Shown in pieces: positions 1 through 12,715 of a stretch of DNA of 64,000 bases. The position numbers and the translations under genes are program-made. Position 1 is the first letter of the stretch; every line of letters starts with the position of its first letter. The notes below the pieces were generated by a model. It made no database searches and was not told where the DNA came from. It worked only from the letters and a program-made list of their open reading frames with translations. This stretch comes from Eledone cirrhosa (lineage: Eukaryota), in assembly GCA_964016885.1 (NCBI GenBank), contig OZ024740.1:283216001-283280000 (forward strand). The letters run 5' to 3'.

Positions 1-3000
1 GTAAAAACCATCCCTCCTCTACCAAAAGTACGGTAAGTGGTCTTTCCCATCTTTTCCACTCTATTTTAAACATGACCTCACTCAGAATAGGCAGCATAAA
101 TGCGCGTGGCTTGGGGTCGTCATGGAAGCAGGGTCACCTGCTCAACGACCTCAGGTCACTAAACATAGATGTAGTGGCCATCAGCGAGACCAGAATCTCC
201 GAAGCACGGGCCTTCGTACCGATCTTCGGCGGCTACGATGTGTACGCATCTCCCAGCCGTCCTGGATCGGGTGGAGGAGTTGCTGTGCTTTTTCGGAGAG
301 GTTTGGATCTCGCCATACGGGCCATCTTCCTGGACCCAGAGGGTAAGCTGGTGGTGCTGGACGTGACCAGCGGAGACGGGCAAGCTTTCAGGCTAGTGGC
401 CGTCTATGCCCCGACAGGAGCAGGGCGGCCTGATTTCTTCCGGCGTCTGGAGACCTTTCTTGGAACGTCCCGCTCTTTAGTGTTAGTGGGCGACTGGAAC
501 GGGATCTTAGATGCACGCTGGGACTGTGTGGGATTAGCGGATAGGGGTGGAGGGTGCAAGAGCCTCACCAACCTGCTCAGGCGTTTTGAACTGTCTGACA
601 GGTACCGATTGGATTTCCCGAATGTGCCAATGTGGACTTGGACAAATCGCATAGGGTCATCCAGATCATATCTAGATAGAGTATTTTGTAGGGAAATAGA
701 TAGGTCTAGCATAGGCTGTCCACAATTCAAGATAGTCAGCTACACGGACCACAAATTCGTGATCTGTGTGCTTGACTTAGATAGGCTTCATAGACGAGGA
801 CCCGGCTACTGGAAGCTAAACGCGTCCTTACCAGCGCGCAAGGCCTACAGAGACCGGATTAGCGAACTAGTTAAGCGGGCGTTGACGGGGGCCATCGTCA
901 ACAACAAGTGGTGGTTTGCTCTGAAAAGAGCGATTAGAATAGAATCGATTAGGTTTAGTAAGGCTTTAGCAATAGAGAAAAATAGAGCAGAGGGAGAACT
1001 AGTTAGAAAATTAGACGAGGCGCTTAGCAAAGGCATTGCGACCGACGTGCTTGCGGCGAAATTGGCCCTTGACCAATTCTTCAATGCAAAGCACGAAGGC
1101 TGCGTTGTCAGAGCTAGGGTGCGTGCTCTCAGACACGAGGCGACGAAAGCCGTTCAATGGGCCCGAGTGGCGGAGGCGCGTCGTGGCAACAAAGCCACGA
1201 TCCGGTCTTTGGTGGACCACGACGGGCGCATGCTACTCGATCCCGGGCAAATGTGTGAAGCTTTTCAGCGACACTTCGCTCAGCTGTTCGGGGGCAGCGG
1301 GGGGCCGGGTAGAGGGATGGACTTTAGTGTCTACCTCGACGGACTGCCGCGGCTCTCGGCCACTGAGGCGAAGTGTTGCGAAAAGCCGATAACAGCCGCT
1401 GAAGTAAGGGAGGCAATGACTGGCTGCACAAGGGGTAAATCGCCTGGTTTGGATGGTCTGCCCTATGAACTTTACGTACAGATGCCAGACTTGTTCGGAG
1501 GCCTCTTGGCGGACGTCTACTGCAACTGGCAACAGAACGGGAGAATTCCCAGTTCTGTGAGCCGAGGAGCGGTGGCACTGCTGAGAAAGGATCCGAACAA
1601 GGGGGATAACATAGACAATTTCCGGCCCATAACTCTGCTAAACACAGAGTTTAAGATTTTGGCCAAGGTGCTAGCAAAGAGGTTGGCGCTTGTCGTTGGT
1701 GGTCTGGTGGGAGAGGCGCAGACATGCGCCATTCCCGACAGATCCATCCACGACAACCTCCACCTCATGCGATACATCGTAGAGAGGGTAGCTAGGGAAC
1801 CTGGCACGGGTGGGTCCTTGATCAATTTAGATCAGTCGAAAGCTTTCGATAGGGTCGACCATCGTTACCTAGCGGCAGTCCTGAGGGCGGCTGGCTTTGG
1901 GCCCGTCTTCAGAGGCTGGATCGCTGCCATGCACAGCGACATCTGCTCTGTGGTGAGAGTGAACGGTCACCTGTCGGAACCGTTCAACATCATGCGCTCG
2001 GTCCGCCAAGGATGTCCCCTCTCGTCCCTCTTGTACGTATTGACTCTCGAGCCATTACTGCACAAACTGGAGACGTTGAGGGGGGTCCCGCGCGAACTAG
2101 GATGCGGAAGATCCGTATCAGCATATGCGGACGATGTCACCGTAGTGGTGTCGAACGCCAAACACATCGAGGCGATCGGCACTACACTAAGAGAATACGA
2201 AGCGGTGACAGGAGCAATGATCAACCAGGAAAAGTCAGTGGGCCTGCAGCTCGGCACCTGGAGAGGCAGGTCCATGCCGTCCAACAGCGTCGTCGGACGC
2301 TGGACGGACGGACCGGTTAAATTGCTAGGGGTCTGGTTCGGTCCGGACCTCCAGACGGACAAAAACTGGGACGAGGTGACGAGCAGGGTGGCTTCTCTCA
2401 CCCAGAAATGGGCCGAGAGGAAGCTATCCCTGAAAGGTCGAGCGGAGGTGGCTAACGCGTACATCGCGTCCGTCATCTGCTACCGCCTGACCGTCGTACC
2501 TTGTCCTAAGCCTCGCCTGACTGTGCTGGAGCGTTTGCTCTTTCGCTTTTTGTGGAAGGGACGCGCTCCGATGGTCAGGCGGTCCATCTGTTGTCAACAC
2601 CCGCTACGTGGAGGGCTGGGCATGCCGTGGCTGATGATGCGCAGGCACGCGCTCAGGCTACGACATCTCCACCTCTTCCTCGACGGTGATCAGGTGTGGT
2701 CGCCGTTTGCTAGACGCGTGTTTCCCCAGCTCGTTTCCTTGACGGAGCTGCAGTCCTGGGTCAAGCGAAGACCGAGAGGGAGCGCCTGGAGACTGGAATG
2801 TCTTCAGGCGCTCACAGCCCTCGACCAATCGGGCAATGTGATCGGTGGAAACTCCACCTCGGCGTTCTATAGAGGATTAGTGGAGGGGAAGAGCGACGAC
2901 GTACTTGGGGAAACTCTAGGCGTCGACGAAAATCAACTAGCCAATCTCTTCGGAAGAACTTTCGGGCCAGGGCCTATGGACAACTTCCAGAAATCTCTGG

Positions 3001-3751
3001 CCTGGCAGTGCTACCGAGGAGCCTTGCCAGTTCGGGATAAACTCTACAGGCATGGAGGTGCCGTCAGCCGGGCATGTCCGAGATGCGCGCAGGGCGACGA
3101 AACCGTCCTGCACGCACTCGTCCAGTGTCCGAAAATTGCTGACTTGTGGGTTTATGTCGAACACCTGCTGTCGCGTTTAGGACGGATCCGGCTATCATCT
3201 GAGTCCATCGTGAGGATTGCCCCGCCCTCCTCCTTTAGCCGGGAAGGGCAGGCAGTTTTTATCTGCCTGGTGGCCATGGCGAAAGAGATAGTATGGTGGA
3301 CACGTTTGAAAGGGCTGAAGACGAGCACTTACCTCTTCGGTGATGCTCTGATTGACTTTTTCAAATTTCATTTGAAAAGGAAAATCAGAGTAGAGAGGGA
3401 AGTGCTCTCTTCCCAGCATTTTGTTGAAAGATGGGTGAGAGAAGCAAGAATGGCCCGAGTGAATGGGCCTACTCTGAGCATATATCTGTAAATTAAAGGT
3501 GGAAAACTGGGAGAGGGCACTTGCCTTGGTGGTCAGGGTCATTGTGGCTTTTTACTGGGCTTTCTCCACAAATGTCCCTCCGAAGTCTCCCCCCTATTGG
3601 GGAATTTTTCATTGTTATTTTCATTGTTATTTTTGTTACATCCTCTGTTTTTGTTTTTTTACACGCAGAAATGCCCATTTGTACCGTCCTGCATTGTCCT
3701 GCACTGTCCTTAATGTCTACTTTATGTAAACCCTTGTGGTTAATAAAGAAA

Positions 3752-3753
<2 letters not shown>
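1..3753 (+). mobile_element. Tx1-like LINE (5' part outside window) with 3' UTR ending AATAAAGAAATC, followed by (ATT)n
   Basis: ORF2 above; a frame ending in TAA at 34-36 may be the end of ORF1; 3' UTR 3492-3753 with AATAAA at 3742; (ATT)n at 3754-3827. Confidence 0.9.
72..3491 (+). CDS. Tx1/L1-clade non-LTR retrotransposon ORF2 (APE endonuclease, reverse transcriptase, CCHC zinc knuckle), intact
   Basis: 1139-aa uninterrupted ORF. APE motifs SINARG, ISET, VYAP, GDWN, LDRV, TDH; L1/Tx1-typical GYWKLN linker; RT motifs KSPGLDG, NFRPITLLN, LDQSKAFDRVDH, VRQGCPLS, YADD; C-terminal CPRC..ETVLHALVQC. Confidence 0.95.
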   Translation: MTSLRIGSINARGLGSSWKQGHLLNDLRSLNIDVVAISETRISEARAFVPIFGGYDVYASPSRPGSGGGVAVLFRRGLDLAIRAIFLDPEGKLVVLDVTSGDGQAFRLVAVYAPTGAGRPDFFRRLETFLGTSRSLVLVGDWNGILDARWDCVGLADRGGGCKSLTNLLRRFELSDRYRLDFPNVPMWTWTNRIGSSRSYLDRVFCREIDRSSIGCPQFKIVSYTDHKFVICVLDLDRLHRRGPGYWKLNASLPARKAYRDRISELVKRALTGAIVNNKWWFALKRAIRIESIRFSKALAIEKNRAEGELVRKLDEALSKGIATDVLAAKLALDQFFNAKHEGCVVRARVRALRHEATKAVQWARVAEARRGNKATIRSLVDHDGRMLLDPGQMCEAFQRHFAQLFGGSGGPGRGMDFSVYLDGLPRLSATEAKCCEKPITAAEVREAMTGCTRGKSPGLDGLPYELYVQMPDLFGGLLADVYCNWQQNGRIPSSVSRGAVALLRKDPNKGDNIDNFRPITLLNTEFKILAKVLAKRLALVVGGLVGEAQTCAIPDRSIHDNLHLMRYIVERVAREPGTGGSLINLDQSKAFDRVDHRYLAAVLRAAGFGPVFRGWIAAMHSDICSVVRVNGHLSEPFNIMRSVRQGCPLSSLLYVLTLEPLLHKLETLRGVPRELGCGRSVSAYADDVTVVVSNAKHIEAIGTTLREYEAVTGAMINQEKSVGLQLGTWRGRSMPSNSVVGRWTDGPVKLLGVWFGPDLQTDKNWDEVTSRVASLTQKWAERKLSLKGRAEVANAYIASVICYRLTVVPCPKPRLTVLERLLFRFLWKGRAPMVRRSICCQHPLRGGLGMPWLMMRRHALRLRHLHLFLDGDQVWSPFARRVFPQLVSLTELQSWVKRRPRGSAWRLECLQALTALDQSGNVIGGNSTSAFYRGLVEGKSDDVLGETLGVDENQLANLFGRTFGPGPMDNFQKSLAWQCYRGALPVRDKLYRHGGAVSRACPRCAQGDETVLHALVQCPKIADLWVYVEHLLSRLGRIRLSSESIVRIAPPSSFSREGQAVFICLVAMAKEIVWWTRLKGLKTSTYLFGDALIDFFKFHLKRKIRVEREVLSSQHFVERWVREARMARVNGPTLSIYL

Positions 3754-3828
<75 letters not shown>

Positions 3829-3839
3829 TTTGTTGTTGT

Positions 3840-3894
<55 letters not shown>

Positions 3895-3897
<3 letters not shown>

Positions 3898-4052
3898 ATG
3901 ATATTAATAAATGGGAACTATATAAAACCATATTTATGAAAAATATACTTTCCATTTATTAATATCAATGATATTATACTCCAGAAAATCTTGTTGAGTG
4001 CTTCGATAAATATATTTGTTGAATTACCAACAAATTAAATATGTCTTTGCTT
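3895..4052 (+). mobile_element. Penelope-like 3' end fragment with short inverted arm, in (TA)n
   Basis: tgatattaataaatgg is inverted at ~3952-3967 and followed by an actccag...ttgagtgct tail similar to 43187-43269 and 62627-62712. Confidence 0.6.
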
Positions 4053-4358
4053 ATATATATATGTATGTATATATGTATGTATTATATACATATATATATA
4101 TATATTATATTATATATTATATATCTAAAGTATCCAAAGAATAATTCTACCAGGTTTCGCAACTTACTTACATGCTGTGATAGATATGTGAGCACACACA
4201 CACTCGCACACAAAAACACACACACACTCGCACACAAAAACACACACACACACACTTACTGTTTATAAATATGGTTTTATAAATATAGTTCCCATTTATT
4301 AATATCATTGATATATATATATATATATATAAAACAACAACAATAATAATAATAATAA

Positions 4359-4439
4359 TTGTTTCTACTTTAGGCACAAGGCCAGCAATTACCCAGTGCA
4401 TTACTGGTACTTTATTTTATCGACCCCATAAGGATGAAA
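4359..4439 (-). mobile_element. tRNA-derived SINE, 3' fragment
   Basis: Reverse complement of the 3' half of the SINE at 28293-28476. Confidence 0.85.
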
Positions 4440-4456
4440 ATAATAATAATAATAAT

Positions 4457-6131
4457 CAGCTGGAGATTCCTTGGGAGGCGTGAAGATCAAGAGAGGTATC
4501 TTCCAGGGAGATAGTCTGTCCCCTCTGCTGTTTGTTCTTGCCCTGATGCCCCTGACCATTATGCTGCGAAAAGTGAGAGCAGGATACAAGTTGGGAAAGG
4601 GAGAGCTTACCATCAATCACCTCCTCTTCATGGACGATCTTAAGCTCTTTGGGAAGAGTGAGAAGGAGTTGGATGTGCTTGTTGACACTGTCCGTATTTT
4701 CAGCAATGATATATGTATGCAATTTGGTATTAATAAGTGTGGAGTCCTAGTGATGAAGAGGGGTAAATTGAGCAGAAGCAACGCAATCCATGTACCAACA
4801 GGTGAGATGATAAAGGAAATTGACACTGAAGAAGTATACAAGTATTTGGGTGTTCTGGAGGCTGATGACATCAAGAACAAAAAAATGAAGGAATTGATAA
4901 GAACTGAATACATTCGGAGAGTAAGGAGCGTATTAAAGTCACATCTGAACAGAAGGAATGCCATAAGTGCAGTAAATTCCCGAGCTGTGTCTATTATTAG
5001 GTACAGTGCGGGAATTCTGAGATGGAATGTTGCTGAACAAAAAGAAATGAATAGGAAGACTATGAAGCTATTGACTATCTACAATATGTTCCACAAGAGG
5101 AGTGATGTCGATAGACTCTACTTAAGGAGATCTGAAGGTGGAAGAGGTCTTATCAGCATAGAGGACTGTGTTCAGATGGAGAAAAACAACCTACACAAAT
5201 ACATGACTGATAGTAAAGAGCCAATGCTCAGAACTGTACTGAAGGAGAGGACAATAGACCAGGGGATGTCCAAGGAGGAGATAAGAACAAGGAGAAAGAG
5301 CAGCCTTCATGAAAAATCCCTTCATAGTACCTTCTTTGAGAAAACTGAATTCAGATATCCACAGACATGGAACTGGTTGAAAAGAGGAGACCTTAAGATG
5401 CTACAGAAGGAATGTTAATGGCTGCGCGAGAGCAGGCCCTCAAAACGAAGTGGTTGAAACACCATATTTACAAGGAGGAGGCTAGCCCACTGTGCAGGAT
5501 CTGGGGAGAGAGACTGGCGACTGTGGCTCACATTGTATCCGAGTGTAAACACCTAGCCCAGACCCACTATAAAGGCTGGAGACATGATCTGATGGGCAGG
5601 GTGATCCACTGGCAAAGTAAACAATTTACCACATTTTGAGAAATGGTATGAGCATAAGCCAGAGTCGATGATAGAAAACGATCAGGTGAAGGTGCTGTGG
5701 GATTTTAGGATACAGACGGACAAAAAACTGGAACACAATAGATCTGGTGGTTTTGGACAAAGAAAAAAGATCGTGCCTGATTGTGGATGTGGCCTGCCCA
5801 TTCGACACGAGAGTGCAAGAGAAGGAGAGGGAGAAAATGAACCGATACCAGGACTTAAAGTGGGAGGTAAAAAGGATTTGGAACTGCCATGAAGTCAAAG
5901 TGGTCCCGATTGGCATAAGAGCACTAGGTACTATCTCAAAAGGTTTCCAGGGATGGTTAAAGAAAATTGGCCCCTTCACGCTTTTTGGAACGCTTCAAAA
6001 GGCATGCTTGGTGGGAACAGCAAGAACCCTCCGATACGTCCTGAATATCTGAGGCTGCAGGTAGTGGCTTGATATTCATTTCAACAAACTTTCCAGTTAA
6101 CTAACATTTAATGACTGAGACTCAAAGAACA
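4457..6131 (+). mobile_element. 5'-truncated, frameshifted R4/Dong-like non-LTR retrotransposon (RT C-terminal half + restriction-like endonuclease)
   Basis: ORF pieces 4471-5418, 5412-5639, 5668-, 5747-6052 give GIFQGDSLSPLLF, LFMDDLKL, YKYLG, degenerate CCHC (CRIW..HIVSEC), RHD, LWDFRIQTD, IVDVACPFD..RYQDL. Flanked on both sides by (AAT)n. Confidence 0.88.
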
Positions 6132-6140
6132 ATAATAATA

Positions 6141-6317
6141 ATTGTTTCTACTTTAGGCACAGAGCCAGCAATTACCCAGTTCATTACTGGCACTTTATTT
6201 TATCGACCCCGTAAGGATGAAAGCAAAGTCAACATCGGCGGGATTTGAACTCAGATCGTAAAGGGACGTAACTATGCTGGAAAGCATGGCGTCTGACCCT
6301 CCACCGATACTGCCAAT
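6141..6317 (-). mobile_element. tRNA-derived SINE
   Basis: Near full-length reverse complement of 28293-28476. Confidence 0.9.
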
Positions 6318-6496
6318 AATAGTAACAATAATAAATGTGAAGACTAAAATCCAAAGAGGGCTCGATAAGGATAAATATATATCAAATATATAAGAGTGAA
6401 ATATTAAGGGTGGAAGCAGCGATTCTTTGCTTAAACTTTAATCTGTTATTTTAATAAATTAATATATATATACATATATATATTAATTATTTGTAT

Positions 6497-6552
<56 letters not shown>

Positions 6553-6557
<5 letters not shown>

Positions 6558-7240
6558 CAAATAACGAAACGAAATTAAATTTCGCTTCGTTTGTAACTCA
6601 CTTTTGTATGACTGACGCTTAAACACTTAATTTAAAAATGTACATCCATATATGTATACTGAAATACTAGTATGCATATGAATACACACACGTATACATA
6701 TATAGATGTACCAAGTCTTTCACTGGTTACTTTACTGTGAGTATCCAGCTATTCTGTATGTAAACACACAGACATAAGCGTCAGTCATACAAAAGTGAGT
6801 TACAAACGAAGCGAAATTTAATTTCGTTTCGTTATTTGTTTTTATCGTCTCCGTTGAACCGGTACGTACTCACACTCTATGCAAATTAGTCTGCCTACTA
6901 CTAATTTTCATAGAAAAAGCATATAACGATATGTGCTTTTACGATTCTCCAGAAAGGCCGGGTAGATAGGTAAATATTGCTGATGAGTTGTAACAACAAC
7001 GAAACTAGTTCAATATTCCTTGTCTGGCTTTCTGGAGAATAGAGGAAAGGTGTTTCCTCAAAAACCAGTATGACTCTAAAAACCGGTTTGTCTGTGTGTT
7101 TACATACAGAATAGCTGGATACTCACAGTAAAGTAACCAGTGAAAGACTTGGTACATCTATATATGTATACGTGTGTGTATTCATATGCATACTAGTATT
7201 TCAGTATACATATATGGATGTACATTTTTAACTTAATTGT
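6553..7240 (+). mobile_element. Hammerhead-bearing non-coding element with two overlapping inverted repeats
   Basis: 6553-6620 is inverted at 6776-6843; ~6632-6775 is inverted at ~7089-7230; hammerhead at 6973-7017; bounded by (TA)n. Confidence 0.7.
6973..7017 (+). ncRNA. Minimal type I hammerhead ribozyme
   Basis: aatattg-CTGATGA-gttg(taacaa)caac-GAAA-ctag-tt-caatatt: 7-bp stem I, 4-bp stem II, palindromic minimal stem III, intact core. Confidence 0.85.
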
Positions 7241-7404
7241 TATATATATATATATATATATACATATATGTATAGAGACGACTTTCAGGAGTGGGCTTTA
7301 TGGTCAGGGACTCTATTGCTTCCAAGCTTGAAAACGTGCCAACAGGTCATTATGACGGCATTCTCTATGCACCTCACATATATGTATATATTACTTATTT
7401 GTAT

Positions 7405-7768
<364 letters not shown>

Positions 7769-7787
7769 CTTTATTTACCATAAAGGC

Positions 7788-8600
<813 letters not shown>

Positions 8601-9178
8601 CCCCTTGCTAACACGCCACCCATGCGTCCTTTCATTCAATTAGAAGCTAGATAACCACATATAGGTTCTAATTGAATGGCTATATAGTTTCTATTTGAAT
8701 AAAAAGTAATGTGGGTGGCGTGTGGGAGTAATGGTTACACATTGTTCGGCAAACGAAAAATGTCGGTTCGTTTCCCATGTCCGTCAGCGCTCATTCTTTG
8801 TTTACCATTCAGACGTTTTTTTTTTGTTTTAATCCCAATTAACAGACTAATGATATTTAGTCAAATACGGCATAAACATATGTTACTACCTAATTTTCAC
8901 ATTCGCAAGCCGTTTCTAAAACAAAGCCTGCTTTGTGTCTCCCTATATATATACATATCACAAGTAAATTTGTTTTTGAAACATCGAGCGAATTTGAAAA
9001 TAGAAATAGAAGTTTTCGCCATATTTATTTTTTACTAAAGGAATGGAAAAACATGAGTATTGACGTCATTTTCGTCATGTGCGCCACTACTCATCTTTTT
9101 TCCATTTTTAGAGGGTTATAAGCCCCACTATCAGGCTAAAATTTCTTAAGTCAAGAATTCGGCGACAGTCTCTCTCTT

Positions 9179-9255
<77 letters not shown>

Positions 9256-9735
9256 ATATATATAATAAGAACAAAGTGGAGGTGTTACATAGGAGATTTA
9301 TTGCTCAATCCTAGTTAAAAATGTTTCACAATCAGCTGGCTCTTTATCTCCACCATCCCCAACCTTGCGGAGATCATTGCCTCATTTACACAGGGGGGGG
9401 GGAGGGGGCTGACCAGCAAGCTTTGTCGGTTCTGTGTCTGTGAAAGTGTGGAGATCCTCAAGCTACGCGGGGGGCGGGCAATCAACTCTAGGTTCGAGAT
9501 ACTGAGTAATTGTATACAGTGAAAAACCCATCTGTTCGCCCATCTAGCAGGTGGGTGCACCGCAAGGAGCCGCTATCTTAGTTAGTGAGCTACCGACCCT
9601 GTCCTGCCACGGTAGTCCCACTACTCGTCCCAATGCACCAACTTTTACTTGCATTTTTTTCTGAAGGTATTTTTATGATGTGTATATAAGTATATATATG
9701 TATTTGTAAGTTTATATACATATATATATATATAT

Positions 9736-10290
9736 ATGAAAGACGCAAAATAAAAAAATTATAAAAATTAACTTACTTACTAAAATTGTATATATATGTT
9801 GGTAGATATACTAATTCTTTATAATTATCTCCAAATTATTTTGTTGAGCAAAAATTTGCCAAAACTACTACTGTCTTATTAACACCCCCACATCTCACTG
9901 ATTAACCTCGATGTCACGTGAATGATTCTTTTGAATTTGCCACCGACCAAGTAGGCAGTGATTTTTTCAATGTCTTGGAATTTAGTCCTCGCTTGCTTTT
10001 TTCCATCCACTGAATTATTTTTGTATAAGTTCCCTGTGTCCACGCATCGCCTGGGAACTTAGCTGAGAATTGACTTCCTGATGATGAAAGGTATTCTCCA
10101 TGTTCCATTCGGAAACCATGTTTATTCCCTATCAGAAACTAATTAGTTGGAGTGACATTTTAGTAAGTAAGTTAATTTTTATAATTTTCTTATTTTACGT
10201 CTTTCATATAATTTTTCTGCATCCCTTTGCATTGAACCACAAAGTTACTAAGACAAAACCTACATATTTTCTAGCATAGGTATGCATCTG
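9736..10290 (+). mobile_element. Hammerhead-bearing non-coding element with inverted 5' arm
   Basis: 9736-9786 is inverted at 10158-10210; hammerhead at 10073-10153 (acttc-CTGATGA-tgaaagg..cctatca-GAAA-ctaattagt-t-ggagt). Confidence 0.7.
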
Positions 10291-10321
10291 TATATATATG
10301 TTGGTAGATATACTAATTCTA

Positions 10322-10362
<41 letters not shown>

Positions 10363-10363
<1 letters not shown>

Positions 10364-10456
10364 ATTGTTTCTACTTTTGGCACAAGGCCAGCAATTACAC
10401 AATATATTACTGGTACTTTATTTTATCGACCCCGTAAGGATGAAAGGCAAAGTTAA
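10363..10456 (-). mobile_element. tRNA-derived SINE, 3' fragment
   Basis: Matches the SINE 3' half. Confidence 0.85.
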
Positions 10457-10461
10457 AATAA

Positions 10462-10928
10462 TAATAAATGTAATCTGAGTTTTTCGAATATTAATTATAA
10501 CATTCGATTCGTTTGCAATTATGCAAACAAGCCTCAATTTTATAGCCATGTCAGTAGAATGAATCCTTCATTCTTGCTCTTGTGTTGGCATGTGAACAGA
10601 ACTGCAGACACTAATGTTTCTGGGCATCACTCTTCATCAGTAGAGCTCACTGTTCACCTGCCAAACTGTCAGAGCTAGTGAAAATATATGCTATTTTCAA
10701 AAATACGCAGTGACTGATCGGTCTGATTTGCATATTAGCAGAACCACTAATCAGCCAAATTTTCATATCAGCAGACTGGCCAGTCAGTTTCCTGTATACG
10801 AGCGATAAATGGCCGGCTTTACCAAATTCAAATAAAAAAGAAAATGTTATCTCTACATGGCTGAATACGATAAATGTAATCTGAGATTACATTTATTGTA
10901 ATCAGCTATGTAGAGCGAAAATGTTCTT
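10462..10928 (-). mobile_element. Retrozyme-like ~406-nt monomer with hammerhead, ending in a fold-back
   Basis: aaatgtaatctgag recurs at 10466 and 10872; minus-strand CTGATGA..GAAA at 10603-10645; same family as 40943-41431. Confidence 0.75.
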
Positions 10929-10947
10929 ATATATATATATATATATA

Positions 10948-11852
10948 GGAAAAAGTATGACTCCGACAGCAGAGCTCAAGCCGTTTCGACGGCTATTTCT
11001 GGACTAACTTTGAATTTTTGGCCTGGTGAATAAATAGCCGAAATTTTCAAGGAGGTACTTCCTTATATGAGAAGATTGTAGTTGTCAAGAGGATTGGTTA
11101 AAATTTGTTGTAAACACAAATATATCTATCATGGTATTTGGTGGGAGGTAGGGGTGGCTGAACTTGCCTGTAGAACAATAGGGGAGTGAGTGGAGCGGTC
11201 AAGCGTTGAAAGTGATATGTATACATCAGATTCTAAGGATAGTGTATGACGTGGGGGAGGGAGGTTATAGAATAGGTAAATCGAAAGAGAGTAGGAGACA
11301 ATAAAAGATACTAGAAATAAATAAAATAAAAAATAAAAAAAATATATAAAATTAGATAGTGAGAAATGAATAAAGAAATCACAATACTATCTTACAATTA
11401 CAGGTTAATAAGATTGAGAATATAAAAAACTTATAGAAATTACAAAACAGATACAAACTTAAAGAGGTTTTAACACATCTGCTATAAGTAGTTAGTCAAA
11501 CGTATTCGGCCAATTCTATCTTAAAATAACAGGGGTGGGGAAACTGATGCTACAAGGCACGTTGGGCTGCATCGGAGTAGGCGAAAGGGGAAAGCAGACG
11601 AGGAAGAAAATAGGGGGTGAAAGGAAGTGATAGGATGAGACAGGGGGAAGAAGGAGACAAAGAGGAAAAGAAAAGAGATACATTTACCTATGTAAGCTGG
11701 GGTTTCCCCTAACTTATTCGGCAAGTGTTTGGGTCAACCCTTGTCTACCCACCCGGGTGGTTATAGGGTTTGAGGGCGAGGTAAGCCCTATGCAATCTGT
11801 GTTTGCATGCGGTTACCAGTTCATCTTTCTTGTTTAGGAGTTGGTCCTTCGA
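10948..11852 (-). mobile_element. Penelope-like element 3' end (last GIY-YIG codons + 3' UTR)
   Basis: Minus strand ~11785-11845 reads LLNKKDELVTACKHRLHR, similar to ILNKKYEAISACKHKLHK of ORF 14215-15180; degenerate hammerhead with stem II cggctattt/aaatagccg at ~10978-11052; terminal pieces recur at ~58205-58280 and ~58950-59010. Confidence 0.7.
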
Positions 11853-11896
11853 AAATACATGTATCTATGAATACCAGTGTCATGTGTTATACCCTC

Positions 11897-12011
11897 CAGT
11901 ATTCCGATGATTTGATCAGAGACACACACTGTATTTAAGTTCGAGTGACGCAATTTCGAGTGATCAGCGGCCTTTATAATCACCTGATCAATGAAACAAT
12001 TGTTAATACTG
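11897..12011 (+). ncRNA. Type I hammerhead-like motif with long stem II (core variant CCGATGA)
   Basis: cagtatt-CCGATGA-tttgatcag...ctgatcaat-GAAA-caattg-tt-aatactg. Confidence 0.65.
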
Positions 12012-12413
12012 TAAATAAAACACTTTCTGTACAGCTGACCATGTTATTCTTCACTCTTTCACTATTATTACTCCAAGAATAACCTACATGGGAATTCTCG
12101 TAAACTCTACCTAGCTAAGGAAACTTCGTGTTGGGTCAAACAACCTCTTATTTTTCTAATTTCATCCTATAGCTCTAAACATAAGTTTAACGTTCCTAAT
12201 TGCTAACAGAAATTTCTGTCCACGCACTATACCATACAGACGCCCAATATATATGCCTTTGTTAATGATATATGTGCTTTAGAAAAAACATTTTCTAGCA
12301 CTTACGGTCAGCCTGGTTGTGACATGACCTTTTCTCTTTGACGGAGAGGTAGTAGTACATTATAAGCTTACGCCCCCTCATCAGATGGTCACACGTAGAC
12401 TTAATGATCAACA

Positions 12414-12633
12414 CTCGAGGGCGACCGACTGAAGTAGAAGCTGCTAAATAGTCGGTTGTCCTCTTGTCTCTGATTTTCAGCCCCATGGATTTTATCTGTT
12501 ATATTCCTTTGTTATATTTCGAATACCTGATGGTATCACCGGATTCATACTGAACCCGGTCATTGAAATGATCATAGTATAATAAACCTTTCAAGGATTT
12601 ACACCAGTCCAGCCTCCTGTTATTTTATAATTA
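12414..12633 (+). mobile_element. Hammerhead-bearing element, family of 60897-61461
   Basis: Near identical to 61245-61461; hammerhead variant at 12523-12580. Confidence 0.75.
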
Positions 12634-12658
12634 TATATATATATATGTATATATATAT

Positions 12659-12712
<54 letters not shown>

Positions 12713-12715
<3 letters not shown>

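Noticed and set aside
122-3542. Short overlapping and antisense ORFs within the Tx1 ORF2
   Set aside because: Expected shadow frames of a GC-rich coding sequence; no motifs.
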